Notes under the pieces: model-generated
Seen by the model: only the letters and a program-made list of their open reading frames with translations
Told to the model about the DNA's origin: nothing
Databases searched by the model: none
Assembly: GCF_006345805.1 (NCBI RefSeq)
Contig: NW_021828198.1
Location: 1-8,749, forward strand
DNA: 8,749 nucleotides
DNA from: Octopus sinensis
Lineage: Eukaryota
Direction: 5' to 3'
Position numbers and translations under genes: made by a program
Shown here: positions 7,116-8,749 of the stretch, piece by piece
Layout: every line of letters begins with the position of its first letter
Numbering within the stretch: the first letter of the stretch is position 1

Positions 7116-7514
7116 CTCTTTTACTTGTTTCAGTCATTTGACTGCGGCCATGCTGGAGCACCACCTTTAGTCGAGCAATCGACCCCGGGACTTATTCTTT
7201 GTAAGCCAGTACTTATTCTATCGGTCTCTTTTTTTGCCGAACGCGAGTGACGGCCGTAAACACACCAGCATCGGTTGTCAAGCGATGGGGGGGGACAAAC
7301 ACAGATACAAAACATCTACCCCACATACATACATAGACATATATATATATATACATCTATACGACAGGCTTCTTTCAGTTTCCGTCTACCAAATCCACTC
7401 ACAAGGCATTGGTCGGCCCGAGGCTATAGCAGAAGACACTTGCCCAAGATGCCACGCAGTGGGACTGAACCCAGAACCATGTGGTTGGTAAGCAAGCTAC
7501 TTACCACACAGCCA
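7116..7514 (-). mobile_element. SINE family A, near full length (copy A4), with a short internal microsatellite
   Basis: Colinear with A3 across head, central domain and 3' domain; AAAGAG-like tail repeats extend to about 7099. Confidence 0.93.
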
Positions 7515-7634
7515 TTATTTGATAAATCGTATGGTATACCCCTGGTAATTTGCCGGTATAGCACGTTCAGTGGCTTAGTGTTCGTTGGGTATTTGATTAA
7601 TGAGAGATGGATGATTGAAGAAATAAGAACTTTT

Positions 7635-7676
7635 ATTGGTTACTACAAATGTTTCGACCCATCTAGCATCGATCCC
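7635..7676 (-). ncRNA. Highly degenerate hammerhead relic (HHR-2)
   Basis: Minus strand: GGGAT C-GATG CTAGAT GGGTC GAAAC atttgta GTA ACCAAT. The 5' half of stem II is deleted. Recognisable mainly through homology to HHR-3. Confidence 0.4.
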
Positions 7677-7956
7677 TGGCGGGTGGGATACTGGAGATCT
7701 GCTTTAAGTGTATCCCTCGGTGTAGATGTGTATTCTCAGGTGATTTCACGAGATATCACATTAAAATAAACTCTGTTTCGCAAGATTTCTCCTTGGTCTT
7801 CGTATATAGAAATAGCAAATTAAAGTATACAGCTTCGTTCATATAGAAGATCGACAACGACTATCAGACACAAAAAGAAATACATGCATCATACAGCAAA
7901 AAAAAAAATTATATATAACCGTTATTACATAAGGATGTACAAATGTCCACATATAC

Positions 7957-8004
7957 ATGATCTGGTGCACAGACACTAGATGGGTCGAAACAATTAGTAA
8001 TCAT
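7957..8004 (+). ncRNA. Degenerate minimal type-I hammerhead ribozyme (HHR-3)
   Basis: ATGAT [CTGGTG cac] A GACAC tagat GGGTC [GAAA] C aatta G T A ATCAT. Stem I is 5 bp, stem II GAC/GTC, intact GAAAC...GUA. CUGAUGA is corrupted. Confidence 0.6.
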
Positions 8005-8053
8005 TAAGGATTATCGTATCTTCCATCTTGCATCTCTCTCAATAATCTCTCTC

Positions 8054-8129
8054 ATATATATATATATATAAAACATATAAATATATATGTGTATGTATAT
8101 ATATTATATATATATATATATAATATAAT
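8054..8129. repeat. Interrupted (TA)n microsatellite
   Basis: Visible simple repeat. Confidence 0.88.
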
Positions 8130-8534
8130 AAGAAGAAGAAGAATAAACCTCAATTCTTCCCTCTCTGAAGATGGAATATATGGAATGCTTATCTTGGTCG
8201 GCTGAGAAATACACTGCGCATCTGTTCTAGAATCGGCTGCAAGAGACTATCTGCACACTTTCTTACTCTCTTGTTTCTACGATACGCTCCATTCGATTCA
8301 AACAATAGTATTGTTACAGCTCTACAACAATTTTTTAGATACATTAATTCCATGATTTAGTTTGATACCAATCGTTCTTTCTTTCTAATGTGTGTGTGTC
8401 TGTGTGCGTGCGTTCCTGAAAAATGAATTGTTATGAGAAGACGGGTTACAAACAATAGTGCCTTCTATCTGACGCAAGCAAAGCAAAGAAAATTTGGTGC
8501 TTATCATGGACGTTGACTGTAGCAGAACCTACAG

Positions 8535-8593
8535 AAACACCTGTACAGTTTAGAGACCAAAAACACCTGTACAGTTTAGAGACCAAAAAACAC
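8535..8593. repeat. 26-bp perfect tandem duplication AAACACCTGTACAGTTTAGAGACCAA x2 plus a partial unit
   Basis: Units at 8535-8560 and 8561-8586, then AAAACAC. Confidence 0.95.
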
Positions 8594-8678
8594 GAACTCA
8601 GCACGAGTAAAAACATTGTGGCTTACGCCTTGTTCGTACACTTATATACACGGTATATGGATTAGAGAAAATACAAAG

Positions 8679-8701
8679 ATGGCGGCCAAGGGCATAGATG
8701 A
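8679..8701 (+). CDS. Candidate first coding exon (MAAKGID-, phase-2 intron) of an unidentified gene
   Basis: AAAGATGGCGGC start context (TISU/YY1-like, A at -3, G at +4); strong donor GA|GTATGT at 8702; CTTATATA 38 nt upstream. Motif-only evidence. Confidence 0.3.
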
Positions 8702-8749
8702 GTATGTTGCTGAGAGGGCAAGCATGGACGTATAAGTTCTTATGATACT

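Larger units (their letters stand above)
7595..8047. repeat. Inverted repeat pair (arms 7595-7676 and 7957-8047), each arm containing a hammerhead relic; Penelope-like pLTR remnant candidate
   Basis: Perfect 17-bp inverted core TGTTTCGACCCATCTAG (7650-7666) / CTAGATGGGTCGAAACA (7976-7992), with roughly 70% similarity continuing about 50 bp outward. Confidence 0.75.

Noticed and set aside
7275-7769. 164-aa ORF, the longest in the track
   Set aside because: The first half is antisense SINE-A4, the same peptide as ORF 6036..6323; the rest crosses the inverted-repeat arm with no domain.
8165-8190. CTGAAGATGGAATATATGGAA as a hammerhead
   Set aside because: Stem II does not pair and no GAAA follows.

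Overview
No confident protein-coding gene is present. The window is AT-rich, packed with microsatellites and almost entirely transposon-derived, as in an intron or intergenic region. The SINE families look like octopus (coleoid cephalopod) tRNA-derived SINEs; this is recognition from memory, not a database result. Contents: (1) four copies of SINE family A (677-975 +; 5856-6311 and 7116-7514 -), the two longer ones carrying an internal microsatellite; (2) eight copies of CORE-type SINE family B, as a spacer-less concatemer (1508-1937) and a six-monomer head-to-tail train joined by (ATT)n tails (3816-5730), whose subtype order looks like ABC-ABC; (3) decayed RTE-like LINE coding fragments (2184-2515 - is the clearest); (4) many simple repeats, which explain most ORFs in the track. 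The strongest lead is three degenerate minimal type-I hammerhead ribozyme motifs. One lies in a 442-bp insert with a 352-nt period, 66-bp terminal redundancy and a 13-bp target-site duplication (4045-4486), resembling a retrozyme or non-autonomous Penelope-like element. The other two form an inverted pair (7635-7676 -, 7957-8004 +). All three have damaged catalytic cores, so they are probably relics of a family whose active copies lie elsewhere. A possible first coding exon sits at 8679-8701. All alignments and counts were done by eye.
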